The notes beneath the pieces are model-generated. The model did not search any database. It was not told where the DNA came from and saw nothing but the letters and a program-made list of their open reading frames with translations. From a virus (taxonomy: Duplodnaviria > Caudoviricetes): DNA of 64,000 nt. Location of the stretch: IMG/VR virus record IMGVR_UViG_3300009788_000091, positions 1-64,000 of that record. One strand, given 5' to 3'. Within the stretch, counting starts at the first letter, position 1, and each line of letters opens with the position of its first letter. Below, piece after piece: positions 42,487-52,847 of the stretch. Both the position numbers and the translations under genes were made by a program.

Positions 42487-45129
42487 TTATGTTTCTTCTG
42501 TAACTCCCAATTTCGAAATTCTGATAATGAATCTCTCAACGGTATCTGCCAATCTCAATTGAATTTCTGCATTCAAATCGCCAGCAGCTCTTGTGGCATC
42601 AGTGTTATTTTCATCATCAATTTTAATTCGAGCAGCATCATCGACATCTTTACCTCGAATTGCGCCTTTGGCAAATTCAGGAATAAAGAATGCTCTAAAT
42701 GCTGAAATAAGACTTTGTTGGGCCTCATCATCATTAAGTGCGAAAATAATGAAATCAAAGTTTTCAAGAAAGATGTTTTCAAAGTGAGACATCGTTTCGC
42801 GTTGGTGTTTGAATTTAAATGCTGTATCAAGACCAACAGTACGATCACCCCACATAATGAAGTTACCTTCTTTACGTTTGATAATATTAATTCCAGCAGG
42901 ATTTAAAAATTCTTCATCCAATTCTTTTCCTTCTAAACCGTCTGGAAGTTTAACGATATTTGAAAGAATAACATCAACACCAGCTGCTGCTTTATGAAAT
43001 CCATCGAAATCATTTGCTACTCTAGCTTCTTTTCCATGAATAGCACCAGTCAGGCTAATTAATTTATTTCCTGGTCCTTCTGTATTTACAACAAATGCAA
43101 ATGATGGAAAATGAACAACTCCAAAATCATTTTTTCCAAGTGTTTCAGAAATAAATTCATCAACTGCTTGTTCATCAACAATATTGGATGGAACTTCATA
43201 TCTATATTGCCAATTTTGACTTGCAGCAAATGCTACCCCTGCTTTTTGTACAGCAGCAACAGTGTTACCTGGACTTGCCAATTTAACTAATCCAAGATTT
43301 CTATTTCTTAAGCCTTTTAATGCTGAAGTTCCGGTATTATAAGCATCAATAAAATCTTGGTCAGCAATTTCAGAAAGTCCATCAAACCCAGCACTCAACT
43401 CCTGAATATATTCGACTCTAAAATTATCACCCAATGCTGCATCAACTGTCATATCTGATCCAGCTGCAACTGTTATTGAGCCAGCAGTATTAGAAACAAT
43501 TCTAAAACGCTTTCTTCTTTCAATAACATTTGGAATTAAAATCCCATCAACAAGTTTACCAACTTCAAGTGGACAAACTCGAAGGATAATCGTGTCGGCG
43601 ACTGCAAATACTTTTGTCGAATCCTTTGAAGTATCAATAATTGTGAAACCAACTCCAAATTCATTTGGTGCTGCAAACGCAACTCCTGAAGTTACTGTAA
43701 GACCAGTCAAGAATGGCATTTTTTCAGAAACATAATCCCAAATTTGATCTAATCCACCTGCAAGTGTAGCTCCGCCCCAAGTTGGTTGACCACCACCTCC
43801 AGCGGAAGTTGTAGTAAATGCATTACCAGCAAGACCTGCTGTTTGCGCAAACAAATCCATCGTGGATGCTGATGCTTTTTCAGCAAAAAGAAGATCAAGC
43901 AACAACACATCTTGGCTTGCATTAATAAACGCTACGAGATTATCAAGCGTTGCTTCCGCTGAACCGCCAATTAAAACTTCAGCAGTTGCATCTGCAACTA
44001 CAGTTTTGAAAGTGATTGTCTTACCATTAATTACAACAGTATCTGCATCAGCAGGTTGACCAGGGAAAGTTGCAAGACCTGCGGCTCTTGCACCAGCAGT
44101 CGATACTGTCAAAGTTACTCGGTCTAAAATAACGGATGCTCCAAGAGTCAATGGCGCTGCTTTTGCAGTTGCAGCAGCAACAGAAGAAACTACTTCATCA
44201 TGAATTTTTGCAGTCAATACTGTTGAAGTAAGTGTCAATGATTTACTAAACACGTTTGCTGGTCGAATTGCAGCGCTAACTGATCCAACAAATAAATCTT
44301 CTGCTTTAAGTAAGAAATCAGCATTTGGATCATCATTAATGGTATTTAAAAAATATTTCAATGAATTTGGATCAGAACTAAGATTATCTAAATCTTTTAC
44401 TTTAACTGCGATTCCACCTTCGACCAAATAAACTTCAAGCCCCCATTCATCAGCAGGTTGGTCTAAACCTTCTTTTATTAAAACAGCTAAAGCTAATCCA
44501 TCATTTAAAAGTTCAGCAGAAAATAATAAATTCGCACTTCCATCAATTTCAACTACTAAATCAATATCAGATGGTACTGTAATAACTCCTAATGCGGTAT
44601 TTGAAAGAATTTCAAAAGATTTTCCAGGTACAGCAGAAAGTGTTAATTTCCCACCTGCTAATTCATCTTTTTTCAAACCAGCTGGTATATTAGTAAATGT
44701 GATTGTAGTAGGAGTAATAGCGGCATAAGAATCAACATGTTTTTGTTTCTTTCCAGCCCAACGTCCACCATTTCCAGCAAGCCATTTAATTGAATCGCCA
44801 CGAACATCAAGACGATTTTTTTGAATTAATTCAGCGGCTTTTTCATTTCCATCAGTTACTCGACTAAGCCATAATGAGCCAGCAGCGGCACCTTGGTCAA
44901 AAAAATCAAAAGCGGCATCAGGACCAAGTGATTCAGGAATTCGATTTCCTGCTTTAAATTTAAATTGAGTTTCATTTAGGGCAAGAAATGCTTTTCCAAC
45001 CGGGCCTTTTTGTAAAACGGTAGTATAAGCAGTCGTTCCTAAAGCGCCTGGTTCAATTGTACCAGCGGCTTGTTCTTCAATGATTGCAACTCCAGCACCC
45101 CTTAACGGTCCAAATCTTCGTTGTGCCAT
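42487..45129 (-). CDS. Contractile tail sheath protein
   Basis: GVAIIEE...KGPVGK N-terminus; GFHKAAAG; LNPAGINII; MWGDRT; FIIFALND; VERFIIRI. Confidence 0.95.
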   Translation of the reverse strand: MAQRRFGPLRGAGVAIIEEQAAGTIEPGALGTTAYTTVLQKGPVGKAFLALNETQFKFKAGNRIPESLGPDAAFDFFDQGAAAGSLWLSRVTDGNEKAAELIQKNRLDVRGDSIKWLAGNGGRWAGKKQKHVDSYAAITPTTITFTNIPAGLKKDELAGGKLTLSAVPGKSFEILSNTALGVITVPSDIDLVVEIDGSANLLFSAELLNDGLALAVLIKEGLDQPADEWGLEVYLVEGGIAVKVKDLDNLSSDPNSLKYFLNTINDDPNADFLLKAEDLFVGSVSAAIRPANVFSKSLTLTSTVLTAKIHDEVVSSVAAATAKAAPLTLGASVILDRVTLTVSTAGARAAGLATFPGQPADADTVVINGKTITFKTVVADATAEVLIGGSAEATLDNLVAFINASQDVLLLDLLFAEKASASTMDLFAQTAGLAGNAFTTTSAGGGGQPTWGGATLAGGLDQIWDYVSEKMPFLTGLTVTSGVAFAAPNEFGVGFTIIDTSKDSTKVFAVADTIILRVCPLEVGKLVDGILIPNVIERRKRFRIVSNTAGSITVAAGSDMTVDAALGDNFRVEYIQELSAGFDGLSEIADQDFIDAYNTGTSALKGLRNRNLGLVKLASPGNTVAAVQKAGVAFAASQNWQYRYEVPSNIVDEQAVDEFISETLGKNDFGVVHFPSFAFVVNTEGPGNKLISLTGAIHGKEARVANDFDGFHKAAAGVDVILSNIVKLPDGLEGKELDEEFLNPAGINIIKRKEGNFIMWGDRTVGLDTAFKFKHQRETMSHFENIFLENFDFIIFALNDDEAQQSLISAFRAFFIPEFAKGAIRGKDVDDAARIKIDDENNTDATRAAGDLNAEIQLRLADTVERFIIRISKLGVTEET

Positions 45130-45156
45130 AACTTTTTACCCCTTTTTATAGTTCAT

Positions 45157-45175
45157 AGTATAACAGTGTTTTACA
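45157..45175. promoter_or_regulatory. Tandem box AGTATAACA-G-TGTTTTACA (minus strand reads TGTTATACT, an extended -10)
   Basis: Upstream of the sheath RBS. Confidence 0.7.
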
Positions 45176-45189
45176 TTTCAACCAAAAAA

Positions 45190-46521
45190 TTATTGTAATG
45201 ATGTAATTACCCCCAAACCACCATCCGCGACAAGTGGTACATCTTTTGACAATTTGTCATAAAAACTCACTGCTAATAGTTCAAAACTACCTGTTGCAGT
45301 CATTGTATCAGTAGCGTCATCGGCACCACCAGCTTCTTTAGAAGCTTTATTACGACTCGTGTCAATTCTATCGACTAAATCTAGATCATATCCACTTGCT
45401 AGTCCAAAAGAAGTGATTGATTTTTTGTTTGCAAAAAACCTATTAAAATCATTTTGAAGTAATATTTGATCTAATTGTCGATCAGTAAATATAGCAAATT
45501 CAAATCGGATTGCTTCTTGTCTGGCACCAAATTGTAGAACAGCTGTAAGATTTGGTTTATCCCTTACAAAATCTTTTCCAATATTATTTGTATCTTGAAC
45601 AGTAAAACCGGGCCTATCAAATGCACGAATGCTTTCAAAAATCATGCTAGGAAATTCTGGTACTTGAAAAAAGTCTTGTGATTGTCTCACATAAATCCTT
45701 GGAAAATATTCAAACGTTATTTCAATCAACTTTCCTAATGCAATCGGTGCATCGAAAGTTACAACCCCCGGTTCATTTGTAAATCCATCCTGTCTTAACG
45801 TGCCAAGTGCATAACTGAGAAATTTATTATCCAATTTTAAAGGATCGTCATCTCTAACAATGACCTTCTTAATTCCAGTTATGTTGTAATTTTTGTTTTC
45901 AAGCACAGTATTTAGATCAACGGTTGAGGCCGTTGCTGTTGCTCGATAAACGACTCGGCTCGTAGACCTGAATTCATTATTCAGTGTCCTTATTACACTA
46001 TCATAAATAAGATCTTCTAAAAATTCAATATCAAATTCACCAAGAATTTTTAATTCTTTGACTTTGGGTGTTAAAAGTGGGTCAGTTGTAACCAAATTAA
46101 TAATTAAACCTATTGATTTATCTAAGATTACTGTAGCAATTGGAAGCGTATCAAAATTTGCATTTAAAACACTTTCAGTCATCCAATCAGAGGCTCCAGC
46201 TGTTGCCCATACTGATCCATTCCAAAATAAATCACTCCCAGTAGTTCTTACTTTAAATCCAATACTTGTTCCAGCTGGTAAATCTTCAAATAAACGTGCT
46301 TCAAATTTTAACCATTTTTGAACCGCATTAGGAGTAATCAATGGTGTTTTAATATAAAGATTAGCATCCAAAGGAAATTTATCATTTACATCTGCTTTTA
46401 ATTGAATGAAAGTTTCAGCTTTATTTTCTGTATTTAATCTTATTTTTGTTGCGTCTGAAAAGATAAGATCAGATCGTATGCTTTCGTCAAAAGTAAAATT
46501 TTTAATTAATCGATTTATCAT
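45190..46521 (-). CDS. Tail terminator/neck protein with extra N-terminal domains
   Basis: Directly upstream of the sheath; FPSMIFE-type terminator motif in the C-terminal half. Confidence 0.6.
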   Translation of the reverse strand: MINRLIKNFTFDESIRSDLIFSDATKIRLNTENKAETFIQLKADVNDKFPLDANLYIKTPLITPNAVQKWLKFEARLFEDLPAGTSIGFKVRTTGSDLFWNGSVWATAGASDWMTESVLNANFDTLPIATVILDKSIGLIINLVTTDPLLTPKVKELKILGEFDIEFLEDLIYDSVIRTLNNEFRSTSRVVYRATATASTVDLNTVLENKNYNITGIKKVIVRDDDPLKLDNKFLSYALGTLRQDGFTNEPGVVTFDAPIALGKLIEITFEYFPRIYVRQSQDFFQVPEFPSMIFESIRAFDRPGFTVQDTNNIGKDFVRDKPNLTAVLQFGARQEAIRFEFAIFTDRQLDQILLQNDFNRFFANKKSITSFGLASGYDLDLVDRIDTSRNKASKEAGGADDATDTMTATGSFELLAVSFYDKLSKDVPLVADGGLGVITSLQ

Positions 46522-47165
46522 TATCTGTCCTTAAAATCTGGTGCTCCAATTTTAGTTTTTCTAAATGCTTCTTCTACAGCTAATCTCCAATTTCTTTTTA
46601 TTACTTCTTGTACAGCTTTATTTTTAAAAGTTCTTGTTAAAAATTTTCTTGGTGGTACACGAAAAGTATCTCTGCCAGATCCCGTATTAACATTTGCTGC
46701 TTTACGTGCGCTAGCTGCTTGTCTTCCCCCTTTTTCTCTTAATGCAGCTGCAATTGCTGCCCTCATTTCTTGAGTAACAGTAATTGTATAGCCCTCATGT
46801 AATAATAGCACAACTTTTTTCATATCAAACGGCGGACTTCCACTTCCTTTACCGCCAGTAGTTTTTATATTTTTTACAATTCCAACTTCAGCTTCAAAAC
46901 TACTTTTTATTTCTTTTGATATTGCCTTTAATAGATTTCTTTGATCAATTAAAGGCGTATTGCCTCTTTTTAAAGCTATTGTTAAAGGTGAATTTTTTGT
47001 AAATTTTTTCTGGCGTATTGATTCTTTTACTTTTCTAACTAAAAATAATGCATTTTTAATTGTGGATTTTCTAATTTCTCTTTCTAAAATTTTTAAAGTA
47101 ATGCCTGAAGTCAAAAAGCGTTGATAATTAACAACGTCACCTGTAATGATGATTCCATCAGACAT
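46521..47165 (-). CDS. Neck/tail completion protein (virion morphogenesis family)
   Basis: NSPLTIALK..TPLID..L; LHEG; VPPRKFL. Confidence 0.75.
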   Translation of the reverse strand: MSDGIIITGDVVNYQRFLTSGITLKILEREIRKSTIKNALFLVRKVKESIRQKKFTKNSPLTIALKRGNTPLIDQRNLLKAISKEIKSSFEAEVGIVKNIKTTGGKGSGSPPFDMKKVVLLLHEGYTITVTQEMRAAIAAALREKGGRQAASARKAANVNTGSGRDTFRVPPRKFLTRTFKNKAVQEVIKRNWRLAVEEAFRKTKIGAPDFKDR

Positions 47166-47605
47166 TATCCTATTGGGTTCCTATCAGTAAATAACGCGCG
47201 AATAAAACTAAATCCACTACCACTAAAATGAGAACTTAAATCACCTGCACTATGAACAAAATAAAGAGGATTAGATAAAACTCTTTCACCACCATTTGAA
47301 TCAATAAATTTTATAATTCTATCACCACGTTTAATAGTTTTGCCTAAATCTGTTAAATCTTTAGGACGAATAATTATATAACCACTTGCTTCTTCATCAG
47401 TACCAAGTTGGCTAGAATGTTGAACCTGTTCTGTATTTCCGAATACTACTTGTGCTGGAATTACAAATAAAGTTCGAACAATATTATTAATTGGTTCTCT
47501 GCGACCACCTGGACCAATTGAATACGTTGTTTCGCCTTTATCAATTGATTCAATTTCAAGATTGATTGGTTCAATCAATTCAGGTTCATCAAGAAAATTA
47601 GACAT
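47165..47605 (-). CDS. Head closure/stopper protein
   Basis: Position; IKRGDRI motif. Confidence 0.65.
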   Translation of the reverse strand: MSNFLDEPELIEPINLEIESIDKGETTYSIGPGGRREPINNIVRTLFVIPAQVVFGNTEQVQHSSQLGTDEEASGYIIIRPKDLTDLGKTIKRGDRIIKFIDSNGGERVLSNPLYFVHSAGDLSSHFSGSGFSFIRALFTDRNPIG

Positions 47606-48560
47606 TATCGATATCCCGTAAAATTTTAAAACTTCCAGATACTAAAAATGGTCTTTTATAAATAGCCAAAATATTATTGACCTCTTTATTCCCAGTAGCT
47701 TGAAAACCGCGATTAATACCACGATCTTCAAAAAATTCTTTTTCATGTAAATCAACTTTAACTCTACGTAAAGTTCCAGCAGAAGTTCCAGCAGCTTTTG
47801 TACTTCCAAGTTTTGCAATAAGATCAAAAGCAATTAACTTTGTTGCTTTTTGAACTAAAATAGGTGTACTTCCATCTGGTTCTAAAAATCCAAAACTACC
47901 TGTAATTTCAGTTCTAGTATCTTTTAAAAATACTCGATTTGTAAAAACGCCTGAAAAGATACTATCAGTTCGAATATTAATTTTAATTTTTGGATTCCAT
48001 CTGTCATCTTGAGGTTGTGCTCGACCTTTAAAAGCTTCAAAATCTTTATCTTCACCTTCTAAAAGTTCAGTTGAAGTATCATTGATTATCAATTTAGTAA
48101 TTTCAATAATAGGCACATCAAAATGCATCATATGTGAATTATTACCTTCAACTTTAAATACACCAGTTCGTTTATTGAAAAATCGACCTGTATGCCTATC
48201 AATTAATTCCATTGCTTCTAATATTAATTTATTACCCGTTGCTTTTGGAATATCATCAGAATGAAGTAAATTAGCAGTTCCATTTGCAATTGGATTTTCA
48301 GCACCTGTTTTAACAATCCTGAGTCGATCTGGTGAAGCAAGAATTTCAATAATGCAGTCTGGAAATCCTGCTTGGGATATAACATCTCCAACTAAAGGTA
48401 CAGGATCTGCACCAGCAACAACAAAATTATAAATATCTCCGCTGACATCTATTGTTTTAGAGGAAAGAGTAATACTAGATTTTTTAACTTTAGGATTACC
48501 AGCAATCGATAATTCTAAAAGTAAATCTGCATATTCAATATAATTACCTGTGTTATCCAT
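47598..48560 (-). CDS. Head-tail connector/adaptor protein
   Basis: AMELIDRHTGRFF; GFLEPDGSTPILVQKA; ILAIYKR. Confidence 0.75.
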   Translation of the reverse strand: MDNTGNYIEYADLLLELSIAGNPKVKKSSITLSSKTIDVSGDIYNFVVAGADPVPLVGDVISQAGFPDCIIEILASPDRLRIVKTGAENPIANGTANLLHSDDIPKATGNKLILEAMELIDRHTGRFFNKRTGVFKVEGNNSHMMHFDVPIIEITKLIINDTSTELLEGEDKDFEAFKGRAQPQDDRWNPKIKINIRTDSIFSGVFTNRVFLKDTRTEITGSFGFLEPDGSTPILVQKATKLIAFDLIAKLGSTKAAGTSAGTLRRVKVDLHEKEFFEDRGINRGFQATGNKEVNNILAIYKRPFLVSGSFKILRDIDNV

Positions 48561-48589
48561 TTAGACTCCTTATGACAGTATAAGTTACC

Positions 48590-48895
48590 TTATAACGGTA
48601 ATCCATCCCAAAAACCCTTTTTTAAAGTATCAGATTTTGATTTTTCTTCTTCATCAATTTTTAAAGCTTCTGCTTTATTTACACATACCCCATTTCGACG
48701 AACTTTCCCTGGAGGGCATGGTCCATTAAGATGTGCAGATTTTTTTGTTCTACACATTGAATGAGCTACAGCTTGTGCTTGTTCAGGCGACATTCCTTCT
48801 CTAATTAAAATAGGAATACCACGCGCTACACAAGCTTGTTCTGATTCACCAGGTTTTCTTTCTACTTTATTAATATTTTTCATTTTACCTTTCAC
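48590..48895 (-). CDS. Small head-associated protein
   Basis: KPGESEQACVARGIPILIREG..PEQAQAVAHSMC domain; C-terminus KKGFWDGLPL. Confidence 0.55.
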   Translation of the reverse strand: MKGKMKNINKVERKPGESEQACVARGIPILIREGMSPEQAQAVAHSMCRTKKSAHLNGPCPPGKVRRNGVCVNKAEALKIDEEEKSKSDTLKKGFWDGLPL

Positions 48896-48896
48896 A

Positions 48897-49394
48897 TTAT
48901 ATTTTTACAGTTCTATTTATTTGTATTTTACCTGAATCACTTTCTCTTATTAAAAAAATACTGTTTTTTCCATCAAACGATATCTCGTCATTGTTATTCA
49001 AAAAACCAAAAGTATTATCTACTCCGGTAACAAAACTATAATATAGTTTTCCTGTACCCAAAGAAATAACAGTACATTTTAATTGATTTACAACTGCTTT
49101 TATTTCTAATTCAGATGTGGTAACTGTTTTTTTAATGGTAGTTAAATTATTTGATAATTTTTTATTATTCCATTCAGGTTTAGCTATTTGTGTTAAAATT
49201 TCATTATAAGTATATTTTATATAACCCTTCATAATATCTGGAAATTTTGTGTTAAATTTTAATATAGTTCTAGATCCATCCGCAGTAAATCTTAAGGCAT
49301 TACTATTATTTAACGAGGCGTTTATCATAGAATCTGTTATGTCTTCTTTATTTATAATAATATAAGTTTTTTGATTACGGAACATCATTAACAA
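48897..49394 (-). CDS. Hypothetical (possibly structural) protein
   Basis: 165-aa ORF in the head accessory cluster. Confidence 0.6.
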   Translation of the reverse strand: MLMMFRNQKTYIIINKEDITDSMINASLNNSNALRFTADGSRTILKFNTKFPDIMKGYIKYTYNEILTQIAKPEWNNKKLSNNLTTIKKTVTTSELEIKAVVNQLKCTVISLGTGKLYYSFVTGVDNTFGFLNNNDEISFDGKNSIFLIRESDSGKIQINRTVKI

Positions 49395-50397
49395 TATCTC
49401 CTAATTCCATATTTATCATAGTGCCGTCATTTCCACCCTTATTGTCTGTTATTGTAGGAAATGTATCTCCATCACCCATTCTCCACCAATGCAATAGGTT
49501 TGTAGAAGTTGCATCAGATAATAAATTTGTAGGGTTGCCGGTATTATACAGTCTAGTTATATCAGTGGAAGATAGATTAATATTCCAAACAGCTACCTCA
49601 TCCATAAGTCCTAATAAAAAACTGGAAGTAACTGCATTAGAGGTTATCGCAGCTAAATCAAATCTACTTATATTAATAGCCCCAGGACTATATGTTTTAG
49701 TGGCGGAACTAGATGCATTATCAAATAATTCCCAACTAGAACCGTTTCTTACTAATACTAAAAAATGCCAAGTATTATTTTCTGCATTTCCTTCGACTAC
49801 CCCAGAATCTAAACCAGCATTATCTCTTATAAAAAATCCATAAAGATTGTTATCAGAGATTAATATTTGAATTCTAGGTTGCGTACTTGAATCATCACCA
49901 CCACCAAACATAGTCCTAAAAGTACCAGTCAATCCATTACTTTTGACCCAAAAACCGATAGACATAGTAGTATCTGTTTCCAACCCCGGAATATCAGATA
50001 TATTAACTCTTTCATCTATACCATCAAATATTAAACTTGAAGAACTTAGAAGTGAAGTAGGAGTAGCACTAATCTCACTAGATAGAGCAGATTCTCCTCC
50101 TAAGCCTACTGAGGCTATTTTATAAAAATAAGTAGTGCCATTAATTAATCCGAGATGTTCAAAAGTTAATGCAGGAGCAAAAGCTTTAATTTTAGTATCA
50201 GCAGTAGTTACTCCTCCAGTAGTATTAAAATATATGTGATACCTTAATGCTCCAACAGTAATATTCCATTCTAAATCAATTTTAGAATTTCCAGATGTAG
50301 CTGTAAAACCTGTAGGAATTCCTAATGGAGAATCTGTGCTTCCTTTATCAAATTCCACGTCAGAATTAACAGGTAAAATTATAGTGTTTCTTGACAT
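49375..50397 (-). CDS. Fibronectin type III plus LamG/ConA-like domain virion protein
   Basis: PTGFTATSGNSKIDLEW...GLINGTTYFYKI...GES (FN3); FDGIDE...WHFLVLV...MDEVAVWN (LamG). Confidence 0.85.
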   Translation of the reverse strand: MSRNTIILPVNSDVEFDKGSTDSPLGIPTGFTATSGNSKIDLEWNITVGALRYHIYFNTTGGVTTADTKIKAFAPALTFEHLGLINGTTYFYKIASVGLGGESALSSEISATPTSLLSSSSLIFDGIDERVNISDIPGLETDTTMSIGFWVKSNGLTGTFRTMFGGGDDSSTQPRIQILISDNNLYGFFIRDNAGLDSGVVEGNAENNTWHFLVLVRNGSSWELFDNASSSATKTYSPGAINISRFDLAAITSNAVTSSFLLGLMDEVAVWNINLSSTDITRLYNTGNPTNLLSDATSTNLLHWWRMGDGDTFPTITDNKGGNDGTMINMELGDIVNDVP

Positions 50398-50398
50398 T

Positions 50399-51001
50399 TT
50401 ACCACCTAAACAAAGTAAATAAAGTTCCAGATCCTAGAGTAACTGAGTTAGAAGTATAATCAAGTCTAATAAATTTACATGAAATACCGATCATTTCCCA
50501 TACTTGAGAATCGGGGCTATCTATTAGAATTATACCTCCTTTCTGTCCTCCTAGATTATTCCAATTAGTTCCATCGTCTGAACCTTGTAATATAGCTCTA
50601 GCATTAAAAGCATTTAAACCAGTCCAAAGAAGTTGTATACTACCTCCAAATTTAAAATTAGATATATTTAAAGCAGCGGTAGTAAAATTTGAAGTTAAAT
50701 CAAGAATTGTGGAAGTTTCAGAAACAGAAATTATATCTTTAGTTTTCAACTGACCGTTTAAAATATCGACTAAACCAAAAAGCGAATTATGTAAATTACC
50801 TCCTGCTTTAAAGTTGTCTTCGAAATCTACCTGATGAACATTTCTTGGTATATTCTTTTTAACTGTGTGCTCAAATGTTATATCACCCTTTCTAGCCATT
50901 AAAAAATAGTGATCCCCATTTTCAACAAATTGAATAGATACATTAAAGGTTGTAATTAATAGTTTAAATTCTGGCCAAGTATTTGTTATTAGTTGTTCCA
51001 T
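50399..51001 (-). CDS. Putative structural protein
   Basis: LQGSDDGTNW...KFIRLDYT jelly-roll-like C-domain. Confidence 0.6.
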   Translation of the reverse strand: MEQLITNTWPEFKLLITTFNVSIQFVENGDHYFLMARKGDITFEHTVKKNIPRNVHQVDFEDNFKAGGNLHNSLFGLVDILNGQLKTKDIISVSETSTILDLTSNFTTAALNISNFKFGGSIQLLWTGLNAFNARAILQGSDDGTNWNNLGGQKGGIILIDSPDSQVWEMIGISCKFIRLDYTSNSVTLGSGTLFTLFRW

Positions 51002-51003
51002 AA

Positions 51004-51774
51004 TTAATTGTCCAATAAAATAAGATCATAACCAGACACTAATGAAAGTGATCCAGTTGCTGCTTGCCCAAAAATTTTGATATCTGATTTTTCAGTTAAT
51101 ATTAATGGGATTTTAAACTGATGGTCCACATGACCAGCAGATGCACTAATACGTATTTTTGTTTGAAACACTTGCCCAAAAGGTTTAATTTTTAAACTAA
51201 TTCTAGGTGCCCTATTTGACTCACCCGAACCAAGCCACACCCTAATTAAAAGACCTGTTTTATTACTTGGAATGGTAAACATTGTCATCAGAGACTCGTT
51301 ATCACTCGGATTTATCGCCGCAAGAGCATCTCCATTAGATTGATTTCTTGCAATGATTGTTCCATCATTTTCTCCAAGAATGCCTGCGCTGCGAATGATC
51401 ATTAAAAATATACTGCGATATTGATTAGTAGTGTTTACTGTAGTTAATCCATTAAGATTTACAATTTCATTTTGAAAATTAAAAAGATCATCAAGACCAA
51501 ATACTTCCATGGTATTCGCGCCTGTTCCAAGTAAAGTATCGTTCACACTAGTACTATCTATATTTAATATAACAGCAGCAGTTGGAGATGGATATATAGA
51601 TACATTGTCAGGATTATTCCAAATATCTTCTCCAGAAACAGGAACGGATAAATTTTCTCCTGCCTGTATAATTGCTGTAGCACCTGGAATAAATCCTCTT
51701 TGTACAGCTATGAAAAAATCATCAGATATAGTTCTTTTTTTATTAAAACCTGACATTATAGTCTCCAGGCCCAC
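51004..51774 (-). CDS. Putative structural protein
   Basis: STSVNDTLLGTGANTMEVFGLD...EKSDI motifs seen in phage structural proteins. Confidence 0.6.
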   Translation of the reverse strand: MGLETIMSGFNKKRTISDDFFIAVQRGFIPGATAIIQAGENLSVPVSGEDIWNNPDNVSIYPSPTAAVILNIDSTSVNDTLLGTGANTMEVFGLDDLFNFQNEIVNLNGLTTVNTTNQYRSIFLMIIRSAGILGENDGTIIARNQSNGDALAAINPSDNESLMTMFTIPSNKTGLLIRVWLGSGESNRAPRISLKIKPFGQVFQTKIRISASAGHVDHQFKIPLILTEKSDIKIFGQAATGSLSLVSGYDLILLDN

Positions 51775-52037
51775 AATCTAATATTTGCTGAAGCAGTTGC
51801 TCTAAACCAAATTTTTGATTCGCTTAGTCCATCAAATGTAATTGCACCGTCCTCATCAGTTAATATTCCATCAAGATTAGGTCTACGAAAAGAAAAATCA
51901 ATTGTTTGGTTTTTTGAATCATTTATGATTATAATTTTTGTTGCTAAAAACGGAAGTATGATTTGTGCTTCACTGGGAAAGCTAACGGCATTAATTGGTA
52001 ATGATATAAAGAAGAAAGTTCGATTTGTTAAAGCCAA
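51756..52037 (-). CDS. Small beta-rich head accessory protein
   Basis: 93 aa ending IRLWAWRL; paralog-like to 52115..52405. Confidence 0.6.
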   Translation of the reverse strand: MALTNRTFFFISLPINAVSFPSEAQIILPFLATKIIIINDSKNQTIDFSFRRPNLDGILTDEDGAITFDGLSESKIWFRATASANIRLWAWRL

Positions 52038-52050
52038 TTTTTTCTTTCCC

Positions 52051-52143
52051 CATTAATTATTTGCCCAAATTCTGACTAAAACATCAATTGTAAGCCTAAA
52101 TTGCGACCAAAACATTAATTGTAAGCCCAAATTCTGACCAAAG
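52051..52143 (+). repeat. Degenerate 31-bp tandem repeat x3
   Basis: CATTAATTATTTGCCCAAATTCTGACTAAAA / CATCAATTGTAAGCCTAAATTGCGACCAAAA / CATTAATTGTAAGCCCAAATTCTGACCAAAG. Confidence 0.85.
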
Positions 52144-52405
52144 TATTTGTTCCACTAGGTTTTCTAACAGCAATTCGTCCTATATCTACATTTGTAAATG
52201 TAACCATTCCATCTGCAACAGTAATTAAACCGTCTTTTTTAGTCCCATCAGCCCCAGTAGTAGTAAATTCTAAACTTGCACCTTCTGTTTTAATTTTAAG
52301 ATTCCGCATTGAATCTGTAAATTGAAAACTATTGTCTATGTAATTAATAGTTAAATTGCCTAATTCCACATAAAACATTCCATTTCTATTTGCAAAAACT
52401 GTCAT
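52115..52405 (-). CDS. Small beta-rich head accessory protein
   Basis: 96 aa ending LVRIWAYN; AGGAG RBS. Confidence 0.6.
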   Translation of the reverse strand: MTVFANRNGMFYVELGNLTINYIDNSFQFTDSMRNLKIKTEGASLEFTTTGADGTKKDGLITVADGMVTFTNVDIGRIAVRKPSGTNTLVRIWAYN

Positions 52406-52406
52406 G

Positions 52407-52799
52407 TTAATCTCCTATTGCATCAATCGATTGGCCTGGAAACATTTGTTTACCGACTTTTCTTAAATCAATTCTTGCTGAAATTGGTGGAGGTGGGTTG
52501 TCATAAGTATAAACCATGATTTCTAATTTAATATAATCTGCGTGACAAATAAGTTTTTCTCCCACTTTTCTTTTAACCCCGTTTTTTTCGTTATAAACTA
52601 ATTCAGCATAAAATCTAACTAGATTAAACTTTTTTGGAAATGGTAATGTATGAAACTTCCCATTATGTAAAATCCCAATTCCCGAAATCCTATTTTGAAA
52701 ATCTGTTACGGATGACCATTCTAACCATTGCTTTTGATCTTCTTCTCGATTTAAATCAAAAGCTAAAGTTTGACCATCACGTAAATTGACCTTTATCAT
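52407..52799 (-). CDS. Hypothetical protein
   Basis: 130-aa ORF, AAGGA RBS. Confidence 0.65.
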   Translation of the reverse strand: MIKVNLRDGQTLAFDLNREEDQKQWLEWSSVTDFQNRISGIGILHNGKFHTLPFPKKFNLVRFYAELVYNEKNGVKRKVGEKLICHADYIKLEIMVYTYDNPPPPISARIDLRKVGKQMFPGQSIDAIGD

Positions 52800-52847
52800 T
52801 CGAACATTCCTTTTGTGCTAGGGCCAATTAAGGGATGCTAAAAACTT

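Noticed and set aside
28641-45129. Stand-alone extracellular contractile injection system or tailocin
   Set aside because: Contiguous with capsid, portal, terminase and replication genes, so this is a phage tail
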